From assembly GCA_951406725.2 (NCBI GenBank), contig OX597829.1:23560001-23624000 (forward strand): DNA of 64,000 bases. Direction: 5' to 3'. The notes beneath the pieces are model-generated. The model ran no database searches, was not told the origin of the DNA, and saw nothing but the letters and a program-made list of their open reading frames with translations. The translations under genes were made by a program, and so were the position numbers. Below are positions 26,201-39,865 of this stretch, piece by piece (position 1 is the stretch's first letter; each line of letters begins with the position of its first letter). Source of the DNA: Octopus vulgaris. Its lineage: Eukaryota.

Positions 26201-27003
26201 GTATATATATATATACGCACACACACACTGTAGATAGTCAACCAATTTAGACACATAACTGTATATACGTTCAGTTATGTAAATCTCTTCGTACTTTGAC
26301 ATTCGACATCTATACTTTAATTAATATTCATTAGCATAATTACCACCAGGATTTAATTATTAATAAATATAAATCTATACGATTGTTTCAAGGCGAGGGA
26401 ATAAGTTGTCTATTTGTACCCCTCGACAAATAAACATTATTGATATAAGAATTTCATAAACTTTTGAGAGAATGTGAAATAATTATTTTATTTTGGGGGA
26501 ATAGGGGACCTCGAAGCAGACATAAAGAGCTATAAAAAAAATGAGTATGTAAACATGTTCAACCCAATATTTACATGCTGTTATTTATAACTTTGTGTGC
26601 TTCGAGATCAATAATGGATCTCCAAGCCCACATAAAGTCTTAGTGCAGATGTAGACATGATTGCCTGCATGTGCCCGCGCACATAGCGGCAGCAGTAGTT
26701 GCGTGTGAAAACTAACAGCTATATGAAACATGTGTAAAATTTGGTAAATTCAACAGTTCCTGCTGAAAACATCGACACTCACCTCTCCTCAAGACATGAA
26801 TTAAACGTATTTTTGCCGAATTTTATTTACTTTTATTTTTATCAGACGCAGAGAATTACGAGTTTCTTTAGATTATAATGTTTTTCTTTATTTTGTAATA
26901 AAACAATTGTGTGTATGTGTACGCACACAAGCACACAGCCATCTCACGATGATAATTATATATGCATGTGTGTGATATATTATACACACACACACATACG
27001 TGC

Positions 27004-27059
<56 letters not shown>

Positions 27060-27620
27060 TATATAAATTTATATATTATTATTATTATGAGGTCGACTTT
27101 GCCTTTCATCCTTTAGGGGTTGATAAAATAAGTACCAGTTGAACACTGAGGTCGATATAATCAACTCAGCCCCTCCCCCAAAATTGCTGGCCTTGTGGCA
27201 AAATTTGAAACCATCGTTATTATTATTATTATTATTATTATAAAAGAAATCATTATTTAGGATTTGTATCTATGAATTTTAGATTTGTATCTATAAACAC
27301 ACACACACACACAAACAAATACGCTTACGTACACACATGTATATATCATCGTTCTTTCGACCTCTTTTCCATACTTTCATGGGTCAATCTGAATACATTG
27401 AGGCAAATTTTTTTCTATACTGCTGGATGCCTTTCCGTTTGCCAACCCTCACCTGTTTCTTAGCCTGATAATATTTTCCCAGGATCAGACTTATTTTACC
27501 AAGAAAACTGGAGATGAAGTAACACCAGTTTTATGAGCGTGATGCTTATTATGCAATATCATACCTTGTCAAAATAAGCAGACACTAACACACACACAAA
27601 CGCACACATATGGATAAGTA

Positions 27621-28879
27621 TTGGGTCATCCCACAAATAATGCGGATTTTTCAATTGCATGAACTAAAAATTGGAGGGAATGGGATAAACTACCTGCATC
27701 AACTTCCTATAAAAGCAGGTAGTAATTTTACCTTGTATTCTTAGTGCAAGCTTTGAAGAGTGCAGTTTGATTTTGATAATTATTTTTTCAAAGCTGTAAT
27801 GGAAGTAATAAAGGAACATATTTGGCATATTTTGCTTTATGAGTTTAATAAAGACAACAAGGCCATCCATTTCATGGCCGTTTGCCAGCTCTGTCTGGCC
27901 CCCATGTTGGTGGCACGTAAAAGCACCATCCGTTCGTGTTCGTTGCCAGCCTCGCCTGGCCCCGTGCCCGTGACACGTAAAAGCACCATCCATTCGTGGC
28001 CGTTTGCCAGCTCTGTCTGGCACCTGTGCGGGTGGCACGTAAAAAGCACCCACTACACTCACGGAGTGGTTGGCGTTAGGAAGGGCATCCAGCCGTAGAA
28101 ACACTGCCAGATCTGACTGGGCCTGATGAAGCCTTCCAGCTTCACAGACCCCAGTTGAACCGTCCAACCCATGCTAGCATGGAGAACGGACGCTAAATGA
28201 TGATGATGATGATGATGAACAAGGCAATGGAAAGTGCAAGAAATATCAATGCAATATATGGGGATCGGACAATAAGCATAAGCCAGTGTCAGCAGTGGTT
28301 CCAGAAATTCTGAGCTGAAAACTACAGTCTAGAAGATGAGCCTCGTCTTGGAAGATTTGTGGAGCTTGGAATGGACGTCCTACAAAATCCCACCGTAACT
28401 GTTCAGGAACAAGTGGAGAAACTTGGATTTGGTTATTCAACCATTTGTCAACATCTGTGCATGAAGAAAAACGACCATCATTGGTTTTAAAATGAAAGGT
28501 GTTCTTCCATCAGGATAATGTTCAGCCACAAATAGCAAGGATGACATTCCAAAGACTGGAACAGTTTGAATGGGAAATAATGCCTCACTCACCATATTTG
28601 CCAGATATTGCCCCATCTGATTATCATTTATTCCACAGACTTCAACATCATTTGGACAGAAAAAATATGAATTCTGTAGACAAGGTCAGAACAGTACTGG
28701 AGGAGTATTTTTCATCACGGACAAGTGAATTTTGGAAGAAGAGCCTTGCAAGTCTACCAGATAGATAGAAGAGCATTGAAGAAAATGGAGGAGAGTATAT
28801 TTTAGATTAAAAAAGAACTTTATCTCAATTTTGAAGAATAAAAGAATTATAAAACGACTGCATTTACGGGATGACCCAA
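27621..28879 (+). mobile_element. Mariner transposon with both TIRs, internally deleted
   Basis: TA-flanked TIRs ttgggtcatccc... / ...gggatgacccaa. Protein remnants MEVIKEHIWHILLYEF and FHQDNVQP...PHSPYLPDIAPSDYHLF. The central catalytic region is missing. Confidence 0.9.
27864..28217 (+). mobile_element. RTE 3' UTR copy inserted in the mariner
   Basis: 8-bp TSD aacaaggc (27856-27863 and 28218-28225); ends in (GAT)n. Confidence 0.85.
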
Positions 28880-29994
28880 TATATGGAGTGTGTGTGTGTT
28901 TAGCTTATTATTCTCTACATTCTTGACTTCTCTCTCATCTACTTGCTGTGCATCTCCTTCTATCATCTCTTTCCAGTGAGTCATTTATATCTTTCTATTA
29001 CTCATATTCCACTATTATTCAACTCACTTGAACATGTGCTGCTCATAATTACAATGAATGGTACAGGATGTACCCACATTCAGTCACATTCAGCTCCCTC
29101 ACTCTTTATACTAGGTCTATGCATAAAAGACTTGCATCTATCAAACTCTATTCCATTCACCCGTCACTAGGCCTATGTAGAAGCATCTGCCTCTACTCAG
29201 TACATCTTAACTTCACCATTTCTGCACTGCCAGTCATCACTCTCTCTCCCCCAGAGCTACTTTTATTGTCACATGCACCTCTCTTGCCTTTGTCCACCTT
29301 GTGGACATCAGTCCCCATCAATCTGCTTCTGTCTTTATACCAATAACTCTGTCACTACCATTGTACTTTTTCTTCTTTCACACATCACTCTAGACCTTCT
29401 GCTGTCATCACTCTCTCCTATTCCTTTCCTTCGTCATATAACCCAAGCAAAGTACTTGTCTTAAGACATGCAATTTTCTCTGAATCACACTCTTAAGTAC
29501 CAATAACACATTGAAAGGCTCCTCTCTCCATATTCCATCTTAAAAACTGATTTGTGAATCATTAGAGGTAAAATAAAATTGAGGGTCTTTAAACGCATCT
29601 CATTGAGGACTTGACAACCTCTGTAGTGCAGGTGCTGCAAAAAAATACATTATATACAGTAAAGAAGATGGCAAATGAACAGAGAAAAATAAGGACTGTG
29701 AGATTCCTCTTGTTATGATTTGCTGAGGAATTATCAAACTATCGTATTGGTGGTAAGAGAAAATGCACCCTGTACACTCTGTAAAATGTTTGGTGATGTG
29801 AAGATGTAGAAACCATACTGAAATGACATGTACAAGCATCAGTCTAAACAGTAGTCATTCCAAATAAGAACTGATTCAGACTCTGGCAATGTATCCAACT
29901 CACACCAGACTTGGAAAGCAGATGTAAAATAGCGCTAGACACACAAACACGAATATGTGTGTGAATGTATGTATGCGAAAATGTATGTGTCCCT

Positions 29995-30245
29995 GGTTCT
30001 CCATTGGTTATGACTATGAGTGTTCCAGCTGATACAACAAACTGATCAGCCTGCTCATGAAAATGTGCAAGTGGCTGAGTACGCTACAGACATGTGTACC
30101 CTTAACATGGTACTCAGCTAGATTCAGTGTGACACGGAATGTGACAGGGATGACTCTTTTGAATAATAGTTACAACTTATTTTGGTCAGCTGAGTGGGCT
30201 GCTGCAATGAGAAATAAAGTGTCTTGTTCAAGGACACAACATACT
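29995..30245 (-). mobile_element. SINE-like repeat (additional family), decayed
   Basis: Minus strand gttgtgtccttgaacaagacactttattt matches the domain in the family C SINE; partly repeated at 32015-32092. Confidence 0.55.
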
Positions 30246-30295
30246 GCTAGTAATCATACTTTGTTTAATACACCTTTGTCATTAGATTATGAACC

Positions 30296-30327
<32 letters not shown>

Positions 30328-30854
30328 ACATATATATATATATCAACACATACACACACACATATTTATGCATACATATATAAAGATATATATATACCCA
30401 TATATATATAAATATATATACACACACACACATATATGTATATCATCATCATCATCATCATCGTTTAACGTCTGTTCTCCATGCTAGCATGGGTTGGACG
30501 GTTCGACCGGGGTTCTGGGAGCCAGAAGGCTGCACCAGGCTCCAGTCTAATCTGGCAATGTTTATATACATATATGTGTATATATATGTGTGGCATGGAA
30601 AAAGCACCCATTTCAGTGTGGCCAATGCCTGACTAGCTCAAGTGCAAAAAGCACCCACTACACTCTTGGAGTGGTTGACATTAGGAAGGGTATCCAGCTG
30701 TAGAAACCTTGCCAAATCAGATTGGAGCCTAGTGCAGCCCCCTCGCTTGCCAGTTCTCAGTCAAACCATCCCACCCATGCCAGCAGGGAAAGCAGACATC
30801 AAAACAATGATGATGATATGTATTTATGTGTGTGTGTATGTATATATATATGTG

Positions 30855-30900
<46 letters not shown>

Positions 30901-30932
30901 TATATATAGTGTGTATATATATGTGTGTGTGT

Positions 30933-31268
30933 GAAGGCACATGGCTCAGTGGTTTGAGCGTCGAGCTTACAATTGTGAGGTTGTGAGTTCAATTCCCAGG
31001 CCGGGCTGTGTGTTGTGTTCTTGAGCAAGACACTTTATTTCATGTTCCAGTTAACTCAGCTGTACAAATGAGTTATGACATCACAGGTGCCAAGCTGTAT
31101 CGGCCTCTTTGCCTTTCCCTTGGATAACACCAGTTGGCGTGGAGAGAGGAGGCTGGTATGCATGGGCGACTGCTGGCCTTCCATAAAACAACCTTGCCCA
31201 GACTTGTGCCTCGGAGGGTTACTTTCTAGGTGCAACCCCAAGGTCATTCATAACCAAAGGGGGTCTCC
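30933..31268 (+). mobile_element. tRNA-derived SINE, family C
   Basis: ggcacaTGGCTCAGTGG...GAGTTCAATTCC A/B boxes, then a CORE-like tgtgttcttgagcaagacacttta domain. Confidence 0.75.
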
Positions 31269-31282
31269 TCATATATATATAG

Positions 31283-31960
31283 AAGCAGACCCAGGAAAAC
31301 CTGGGACGAGGTGGTGAAGCACGACCTTCGAACTTTAGGTCTCACTGAGGAAATGACTCGAGACCGAGACCTCTGGAAGTATGCTGTGCGCGAGAAGACC
31401 CGGCAGGACAAGTGAGACCATAACCCATGGTCTTCTACATGGGATGTAGCCAGCCCACGTATTCATACCTTCCCTTCTTGGGACACAAAACTCTACTTGT
31501 GAAGACCTGTTGAGGCAAGTGAGGATCAGAATTGAAATCAATCAATGGAAATTGCAGTTACCAGTGCCGGTGGCATGTAAGAAAACCATCCGAATGTGGC
31601 CATTGCCAGCGCCGCCCAGACTGGCCTCATGCCGGTGGCACGTAAAAAGCACCATCTGTTCGTGGCTGTTTGCCAGACTCATCTGGCACCACCATCTGTT
31701 TGTGACCGTTGCCAGCGCCGCCCAGACTGGCCTTGTGCCGGTGGCACGTAAAAAGCACCATCTGTCCGTGGCCGTTTGCCAGCTCCGTCTTCCACCTGTG
31801 CGGGTGGCACATAAAAAGCACCCACTACATTCACGGAGTGGTTGGCGTTAGGAAGGGCATCCAGCCGTAGAAACACTGCCAGATCAGACTGGGCCTGATG
31901 CAGCCTTCTGGCTTCACAGACCCAAGTTGAACCGTCCAACCCCTGGAAAGCGGACGCTAA

Positions 31961-31990
<30 letters not shown>
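31283..31990 (+). mobile_element. 5'-truncated RTE LINE
   Basis: agacccaggaaaacctgggacgaggtggtgaagcacgac (RPRKTWDEVVKHD), 3' UTR and (GAT)n tail. Confidence 0.85.
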
Positions 31991-31992
<2 letters not shown>

Positions 31993-32090
31993 ATATTTTA
32001 AGATAATACATTGCAGATTCAGTGTGACACAGAATGTGACAGGGCTGGCTCTTTGAATAATAGTTACAACTCATTTTGGCCAACTGAGTG

Positions 32091-32261
32091 GACAACATCT
32101 CTGACAGCTGTTTCGCTTCAGTAATCTTTAGATAATAAATTTATAAAATTAAAATCATTATAAGATGAATATCTTCAGAGATTCATCTTATAATGATTTT
32201 AATTATATAAATTAATTATCTAAAGATTTCTGAATCAAAAGAGGCTGTCAGAAATGTTGTC
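32091..32261. repeat. Fold-back inverted repeat containing a minus-strand HHR motif (32100-32181)
   Basis: Arms about 80 bp. Minus strand: tct CTGAAGA ...tgaagc GAAA cagctg TC aga. Confidence 0.7.
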
Positions 32262-32697
32262 ATATTTTATAATTAATAAATAATTTTATTAATTACTTCT
32301 CTATTTTCTCCTTATTCTTTAAATATATAACTATATGACCCATGGTTTATATAGTTACCTTATAGTTGAACATTCTATGGATTGGTAACAAACCAGTATT
32401 TTCATTGGTTTTTATTAATCCTTACTGAGGTTTATAAGCTTTATTTGAATATATATATATATATAGTCTCATTTAGTTCTATGCAACTTAAAGTTCCTCA
32501 CAACTCTAACAGAAGCTTTAGGCTTTAGATTACAGATTTAGGTTACAGGCTTCGGTAAACTAAAGCCTGAAAGAGATGACCTTTTGTTAGGGGCCTGCAA
32601 AACTTTAAGTCACATGGAATAGAATAAAGCTGTTAAAAATAATACATATAACTCCTACTCACTATGTTGAATGCCATTTTCTTTCATTTGTGTTTGC

Positions 32698-32730
<33 letters not shown>

Positions 32731-32756
32731 TATTATATTTTTATTTTATAGACGGA

Positions 32757-32805
32757 GCTTCTACAGGACTAGAACTGTTTCATTCAGATGAAATCTTCAG
32801 GAAGC
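32757..32805 (-). ncRNA. Type I hammerhead ribozyme
   Basis: Minus strand: gcttc CTGAAGA tttcatctgaat GAAA cag-ttctagtc-ctg TA gaagc. A 19-bp inverted copy follows at 32806-32824. Confidence 0.75.
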
Positions 32806-32885
32806 ATGAAACAGTTCTAGTCCTTTACTCTGCTATGTATTGAGTACCTTATTTACTGTAGCTTACCCCAACTCAACCCGAGACC

Positions 32886-32971
<86 letters not shown>

Positions 32972-33131
32972 GCACACATACACATATATTTGTATGTATA
33001 TATATATATGTGTAGTTGTGCATTACTTGTCCTGTTTTCTATTTTTTTCTCGTTGTTTGTATATTTAACTTGTTTGTTTTCATACTTCATGTTGTTTACA
33101 CAGTTGGTGATGTCCTGTACCCATATATGTA

Positions 33132-33184
<53 letters not shown>

Positions 33185-33187
<3 letters not shown>

Positions 33188-33430
33188 TCATATAATATGG
33201 CATTCTTATAAAAATAAGAAAAATTCCGCTTATTATGAGCATCGCCTATTAGCTATTTGATACACAAACTGTATATAACCTTCGAACAAGTAGTGTGGAG
33301 CGACTGACCTCCCTTGTTCGAAGGTTATATGGATACAGTTTGTGTATCAAATAGCTAACTTAAGGCGATGGCTCATGGACTAATAAGTTTTTTCTTATTT
33401 TTATAAGAATGCCATATTATATGGCGATAA
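33185..33430. repeat. Inverted repeat (about 100-bp arms) between (TA)n tracts
   Basis: catataatatggcattcttataaaaataagaaaaa...ttcgaacaag / cttgttcgaa...ttcttatttttataagaatgccatattatatg. Confidence 0.85.
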
Positions 33431-34677
33431 CTATTATTTTCCGGAACGCTGCCGCTGTTCTCTTTTATTAGTAATTTTAATATTTCTATTATATATATAT
33501 ATATATATAGGCATCTATCTATCTATACACACACACACATGTATATAGCTTAAAGCCACCTCCCTCATGCTACATGCCCTCACTCACAGCTGATGGACCT
33601 CTTTTCTTGCAAATCACTTGGTGACTTCACTAATGCTGGCCCTACATACAAAGAACCCAGTACACTCTGTAAAAAAGATTAGGGTCAGGAAAGGTATTCA
33701 TTTTCAGATACCATACCAAAGAAGACATTGGAGCCTGGTGCAGTTTCTTGGCTTGTCAGCCCCTGTCCAGTTGCCTAGCCTATACAATTATGGAAGAAAT
33801 ATGAAACAATGATGACAGCTACAACATCATTTTTCACATCCAGATTTTGCATGGGTCATGAAGGCAAATTCTCTATGCTTGGAAGATCTACTTGCTGCCA
33901 AATTGTTCACCTATTTCCAAGCAAAATAATATTTTCCCATGTTTTTCACAGGAGACTTGAAATGAATAAGATTGCTTGTTTTATTGTGACATTTGTTTAC
34001 AAGTGTCATGTCAAAGCAAAGAGACACAGACAGACAGATACACACACACATACGCACAGAAATGCATACATACATACATCATCATCATCATCATCATTGT
34101 AATAATCATTTAATGTCTGTTGTCCATGCTGACATGGGTTGAATGGCTTAATGACGGCTAACAAGCTGAGGGGTTGCACTGAGCTACATTCTGATTTGGC
34201 ATAGTTTCTACAGCAGGGTTAGGGTTAAGGTTCCTAAAAAACCAACCACTCCAAGAGTATAATGGGTAATTTTACGTGCCACTAACACGGGTGCCTTTTG
34301 CATAACACTAGCATCAGCCTCATTGCCTACACGAGGCTCATACACACACATATATATATTCTTTTATTCGTTTACTTGCTTCAGTCATTTGACTTCGGCC
34401 ATGCTGGAGCACTGCTTTGAAGGGTTTTAGTCAGACAAATCAACCCCAGTTCTCCTTTTTTTTAAACCTACCACTTATTCTACTGTCTCTTCTGCCAAAC
34501 TGCTAAGTTACAGGGATGTAAACTTACCAACACCAGTTGTCAAACAGTGGTGAGGGGATAAACACAAATACACACACATACACACACATGCATGTGCATG
34601 CACACACACACATGCACATATACACACACATATATATATGAACATATATATAAACGCACACGTACACGCATATACGA

Positions 34678-34713
<36 letters not shown>

Positions 34714-35313
34714 TGAACCCACATATACATCCCATACACATGGCACACAATTATACATACATGTATACACACATACGCACGTACAAGCACACACGCACAC
34801 ATACACTAAGTAAAGCACAGTCATTCACCACACACCCAAACTCTATGCATACACACGCGAACACACACATACATACATACACACACACACACTACAAACA
34901 AAACACACACATGATACATATACATACATGCACACACACACATACTTCAAAGTAGCAGTACTGACCTGTGGTAGAGACAAAAGGCACCACTCCTTCTTCC
35001 TCGACCTTCACACTACTAGCCCTACAAACATGCTTTGTTTAACAGATAAAACCACACACACATACACACACACACGCACATACGTGTCATCATTGCACAC
35101 ATACACACATACACACACACGCACAAGCAGACCTCTTACACACACATTCCTCCTCCTCTACCATTCTCCTGTCTTTGACAGAACTACTCTTCTGTCTTTG
35201 AAAACACCTTTCTTCACCCCTTTCCTTCCGGTCTTTCAAAATGTGACCTCGTGCGTACCGTTGGTGATTTTGTTTCCTCTGTCTTCCTTTCTCTGGATCT
35301 TTCGTTCTCCTAT

Positions 35314-35348
35314 GTTTCTGATGAAGAGCTCCATTCGAAACGTTAAAC
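35314..35348 (+). ncRNA. Minimal type I hammerhead motif (Penelope type)
   Basis: gttt CTGATGA agagctccattc GAAACGTT aaac. Confidence 0.6.
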
Positions 35349-35443
35349 CCTCCTTCTTTCCTTCTTTCCTGAGCGTCCAATAATACTATATTTGTTCTAC
35401 GTCCTCGCGTTGTGTTTTTTTGTGCTTTCTTGTTTGGATTAAC

Positions 35444-35494
<51 letters not shown>

Positions 35495-35903
35495 TAGATA
35501 GATAGATAGATGTAGATATAGATATAAATATAGATATGTATGCATAAATGATGGGCCTCTTTCAATTTCTGTCTGCCAAATCTACTCATAAAGCTTATGG
35601 TCAGCCCGAGGCTATAGTAGAAGACACTTACCCAAAGAGCCGATCAGTTGGATTGAACCTTGAACCATGTGTTTGGGAAGCAAGCTTCTTACGACACACC
35701 CCTGCCTGTGCCTGTATAGATGTGTGTATATCTATCTATCTATCTATGCACACACACACACACACACACATATCTTATATACATAGATCAAACTGTTTTG
35801 ATCCATACATGTAACTCAAATTAAGTTCTGTTGAGTGCCCTTCTTTAGTTTTTTTTCTCTATCTGTTTTTCTTCATTCCCTTTCCGTTGTTTCCCACTCA
35901 ATC

Positions 35904-35939
35904 CTTTCTGTTAAAGAGCATAGGCTCGAAACGTCAAAG
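35904..35939 (+). ncRNA. Minimal hammerhead motif with altered core
   Basis: cttt CTGTTAA a-gagc-atag-gctc GAAACGTC aaag. The stems are intact; the core departs from CUGANGA. Confidence 0.45.
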
Positions 35940-36354
35940 ACTTTTCCATTCTTCCTGAGTGTCAAACTAATACTCCTGCTTGTTGTTCCTTCACTTGTCT
36001 TTATCTTTTCTTTTTTGTAAATTTGAACTATATATATAATACAAATAAGAAAATGGAGAAACAAATTTAGTTTGTTCATCATCTTTTGGATATTGAAATG
36101 TTGAATTATTTATTCATTTAACAAAATGAGAACCTTAATAGCATACATATATATCTTATAATTCAATACATATAAGATAAGAATACAAATTATAAAAATC
36201 ATAATATAAATTATTGAAATCATTAAAATCACTTCTTACAGCTGTTTCAGCCTATGTTTAAAAGTAGTTACTTTTATCTTTATTGCCTATAGTTGTTTAT
36301 ATATATATATATATATATATGCACACAAATAAAAGATAATATATATTGTCTATT

Positions 36355-36846
36355 ATTTGTTTCAGTCATTGGACTTTGGCTATTCTATGGCACAGCTTTG
36401 AAGGATTTTAATTGAACAATTGAACCCCAGGACTTAATTTTTTCTTTTAGCATAGTACTTTTTCTCATGGTCTTTTATGTCAAACTTCTTACACAAACAC
36501 AAAGACACAAACACACACACACACACAGAGGCTTCTTTCAGTTTCCATCTACCAAATCCAATTAAAAGGCTTTAGTCAGCCCAAGGCTATAGCTGGAGAC
36601 ATTTTCTGTTGGTGCATGTGATTAGGAAGCAAACTTCATAGCACATGGCCACAAGTGCACCTATATATGTACGTGTGTGTGTATATACACAGGAGTGGCT
36701 GTGTGCTAAGTAGCTTGCTTACCAACTATATGGTTCTGGGTTCAGTCCTACTGCATTACACCTTGGGCCAGTGTCTTCTACTATAGCCTTGGGCCAAACA
36801 AAGCCTTGTGAGTGGGTTTGGTAGACGGAAACTGAAAGAAGCCCGT
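36355..36846. mobile_element. Two family A SINE copies, head to head
   Basis: Decayed minus copy at 36355-36662 and the 5' half of a plus copy at 36688-36846. Confidence 0.7.
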
Positions 36847-37146
36847 TGTACATAGGGTAAATGTATTTGAAAGTTGTGGTTTCTTTGGTATGTTTGTTCC
36901 CAAACAACCCTTACTTTAGTGCTGTTGACACTGCCGGATTGAATAGGACTGCCAGGTGTCAAAACCATAATGATATCTGTGGGGCAGCTGATGATGAAGG
37001 TATGTTGGATTGTTGGTATGGCTGTTTTTGTATACATGGAATAATATTATAACACATCCTTTTGATATATATATGCCAGAGTAAGCACATAAATACAAAA
37101 CAAGGTGGAAAAAATAGTAGTCAAATACCAGAGGTAGTGTAATAAG

Positions 37147-37286
37147 CTTTATTAAAAAGCAGCAAAAATATTACAGAAACTGTTTCTCAGTTTCACATTC
37201 CCATTTGTTGGGAAACTGTCTGACGAATGGGAACATGAATCTCTGAGTAACAGTTTTTATGATATTTTTGCGGCTTTTTAATAAAG
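37147..37286. repeat. Fold-back inverted repeat with a plus-strand HHR motif (37215-37254)
   Basis: actgt CTGACGA atg-ggaa-cat GAAT ctctgag TA acagt (A15.1 mutated). The left arm is a decayed inverted copy. Confidence 0.65.
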
Positions 37287-37345
37287 TATATATATGTGTG
37301 TGTATAATATATATATATATAATAAAGTATATATATGTGTGTGTG

Positions 37346-37391
<46 letters not shown>

Positions 37392-37464
37392 AAATATTGG
37401 AATAAATCCAAACTTACAGGGAAAAATCAGATTTAGGATTGAATCCAGTTTTATAGTAAAATAT

Positions 37465-37706
37465 TATATTATATTAAATTAGAGATAAAACCACTATTAG
37501 GCAAATCATACAATGAAAAACTTAAGCCAATACATAAGATTAATTAATTTATATTATTTTAAATATATATCAGAATTCATTATCTTTTTTTAATAATTCT
37601 GATATATATTTAAAATGATATAAATTAATTAATCTTATGTATTGGCTTAAGTTTTTCATTGTATGATTTGCCTAATAGTGGTTTTATCTCTAATTTAATA
37701 TGATAT
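37465..37706. repeat. Near-perfect inverted repeat (about 112-bp arms)
   Basis: 37465-37577 versus 37594-37706; related to the end of 43830-44105. Confidence 0.9.
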
Positions 37707-38634
37707 ATATATATATATATACAGATATACACACACATATGCACACACACACACATATATATACATGTATATGTATGTGTGCATATACACACACATACAT
37801 ATACACTTGTGCGTGTATATATGTGTGTGTGTGTGTATATATATCTACACACACACACACATGTATATATGTACACATGCACATGTGTGTGTGTGTGTGC
37901 GCGCACGTTTGTGTGATTAGCTACATATAACTTGTGTTTACCAAATTTCTTCAAGGTGCATTGGTCAACCTGGAGCTATAATAGAAGACATTTGCTCAGA
38001 GATTGTTTCCATTCATTGTACTCCTTCCAGTGCACATGCTATTCCCTCATACAGGCTATGTGATGTCTCTCCTCCTTTGTAGCTTGTAACAGTGTTTGTA
38101 CATTACCCCCACTTGTTTCATACAGTACACAATGTCTTTAGTTTTGCAGCCTATTTTTGGATTTGTTTTGCATATTTTGCAGTCACTGTTTGTGCGGATT
38201 TTACTTAAATGAGTATAAACTATATAGTAGCCACTTGATGGATATTCTCTTTTCTTCTAAAGTTTCATGCCATGTTTTTGTAAATTTGCAGGTTAATTCA
38301 CAACTGCATTTTATCATATGTAATATTATTATTAAGGTGGCGAGCTGGAAGAATTGTTACTGCACTAGATAAAATGCTTTACATCTTTACTTCTGGCTCT
38401 TTATGCTTTCAGTTCAAATGCTGCCCAAGATCAACTTTGCCTTCAATTTTTTTTTAAGGGTTGATACAATAATTATCAGTTGAGGACTGGAGAGGATATA
38501 ATCGACTTATCCCTGCCCTCAAAATTGCTGGCCTTATGCTAAAATTGGAAAGAATTATCATTTATTATCATAAATTAACATTTATCCTCATCACTATTAT
38601 CTTTCTCCAAAATTATTCCATACTATTACTACTA

Positions 38635-38667
<33 letters not shown>

Positions 38668-39397
38668 CTACAACCATCAACACTGGCCCTTCCACCACCA
38701 CCACCACCACCATTACCACCACCACTACCACCACCACCATTATTATTACTATCTTTAACGTTAATACTATTAAAATTTATAGAATTTCTTTTACCCTCCT
38801 TAAAACTGTTATATACATAAGTCCAGAACTGATCTGTCTATTTCACTTTTAAATCTTAAATTCTCTTCATATTTTGTATACATACCTCTTCGTCCATTAC
38901 ACTTAAACAGAATACACTGCATTCCATATGTATTAAAACTGTTTACATTCCTAGCAATTATCCCCCCATCACCATCATCCCCCACTGCCCTCACCTCTTG
39001 ACTCTACATACTAGGTCATACCTCAGTTTAATCCTAATCTAGCATTCATTTTCTGATCACCCTCTCCCCCACCTCTTATCCACTAGAGACTTTCCATTCA
39101 ACCTAATAATTTTTGCTACCATCAGAATTGTCCTCATAATCGTCCTCATCATTGTCATCATCTTCAGCAATGGCATTACCACCATCATCACTATTGGTCA
39201 CCAGATTGGTGTTGTAAAGGGAGTATGCAAAAAGCTAGATTTTTTTCCTCACCAAATGCATGGTGTTACACTTCTCCACATCAAGCTTGAGTTGCAGTTG
39301 GTAATCCATTACTGCATTGTGTCCAGGTCTGATTGCAGAAGAGATCTATACCATACAAGATGTGTTCTTTTTATCTCAAGATATGCTTAATGTCATC

Positions 39398-39603
39398 TCT
39401 TTTACTTGATTCAGTCATTTGACTGTAGCCATGCTGGAGCACCACCTTTAGTCATGCAAATCGACCCCAAGACTTATTCTTTGTAAGCCTACTACTTATT
39501 CTATTGGTCTCTTTTGCCGAATGCTAAGTTACGGGGATGTAAACACACCAGCATTGGTTGTCAAGCGATTGCTCGGGGGACAAACACAGACACACAAACA
39601 TAT

Positions 39604-39686
<83 letters not shown>

Positions 39687-39863
39687 CACATATATATGAG
39701 AGGCTTCTTTCAGTTTCCATCTAACAAATCCACTTGCAAGGCTTTGGTCAGCCCGAGGCTATAGTAGAAGACACTTGCCCAAGGTACCACGCAGTGGGAC
39801 TGAACCCAGAACCATGTGGTTGTGTGGAAAGCAAGCTACTTACCACACAGCCACTCCTGCACC
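39398..39863 (-). mobile_element. SINE family A
   Basis: Homologous to 15253-15644, with an expanded internal (CA)n(TA)n tract. Confidence 0.85.
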
Positions 39864-39865
39864 TA

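Noticed and set aside
27870-28050. Regularly spaced repeats that could suggest a CRISPR array
   Set aside because: The intervening sequences are themselves homologous (a tandem repeat in an RTE UTR). The context is eukaryotic and there are no cas genes.
30933-31005. Functional tRNA genes at SINE heads
   Set aside because: A/B boxes are present, but there is no closed cloverleaf and the sequence continues into SINE bodies.
38536-38820. ORF with poly-Leu and poly-Pro resembling a secreted protein
   Set aside because: It starts inside a SINE tail and is encoded by trinucleotide microsatellites.
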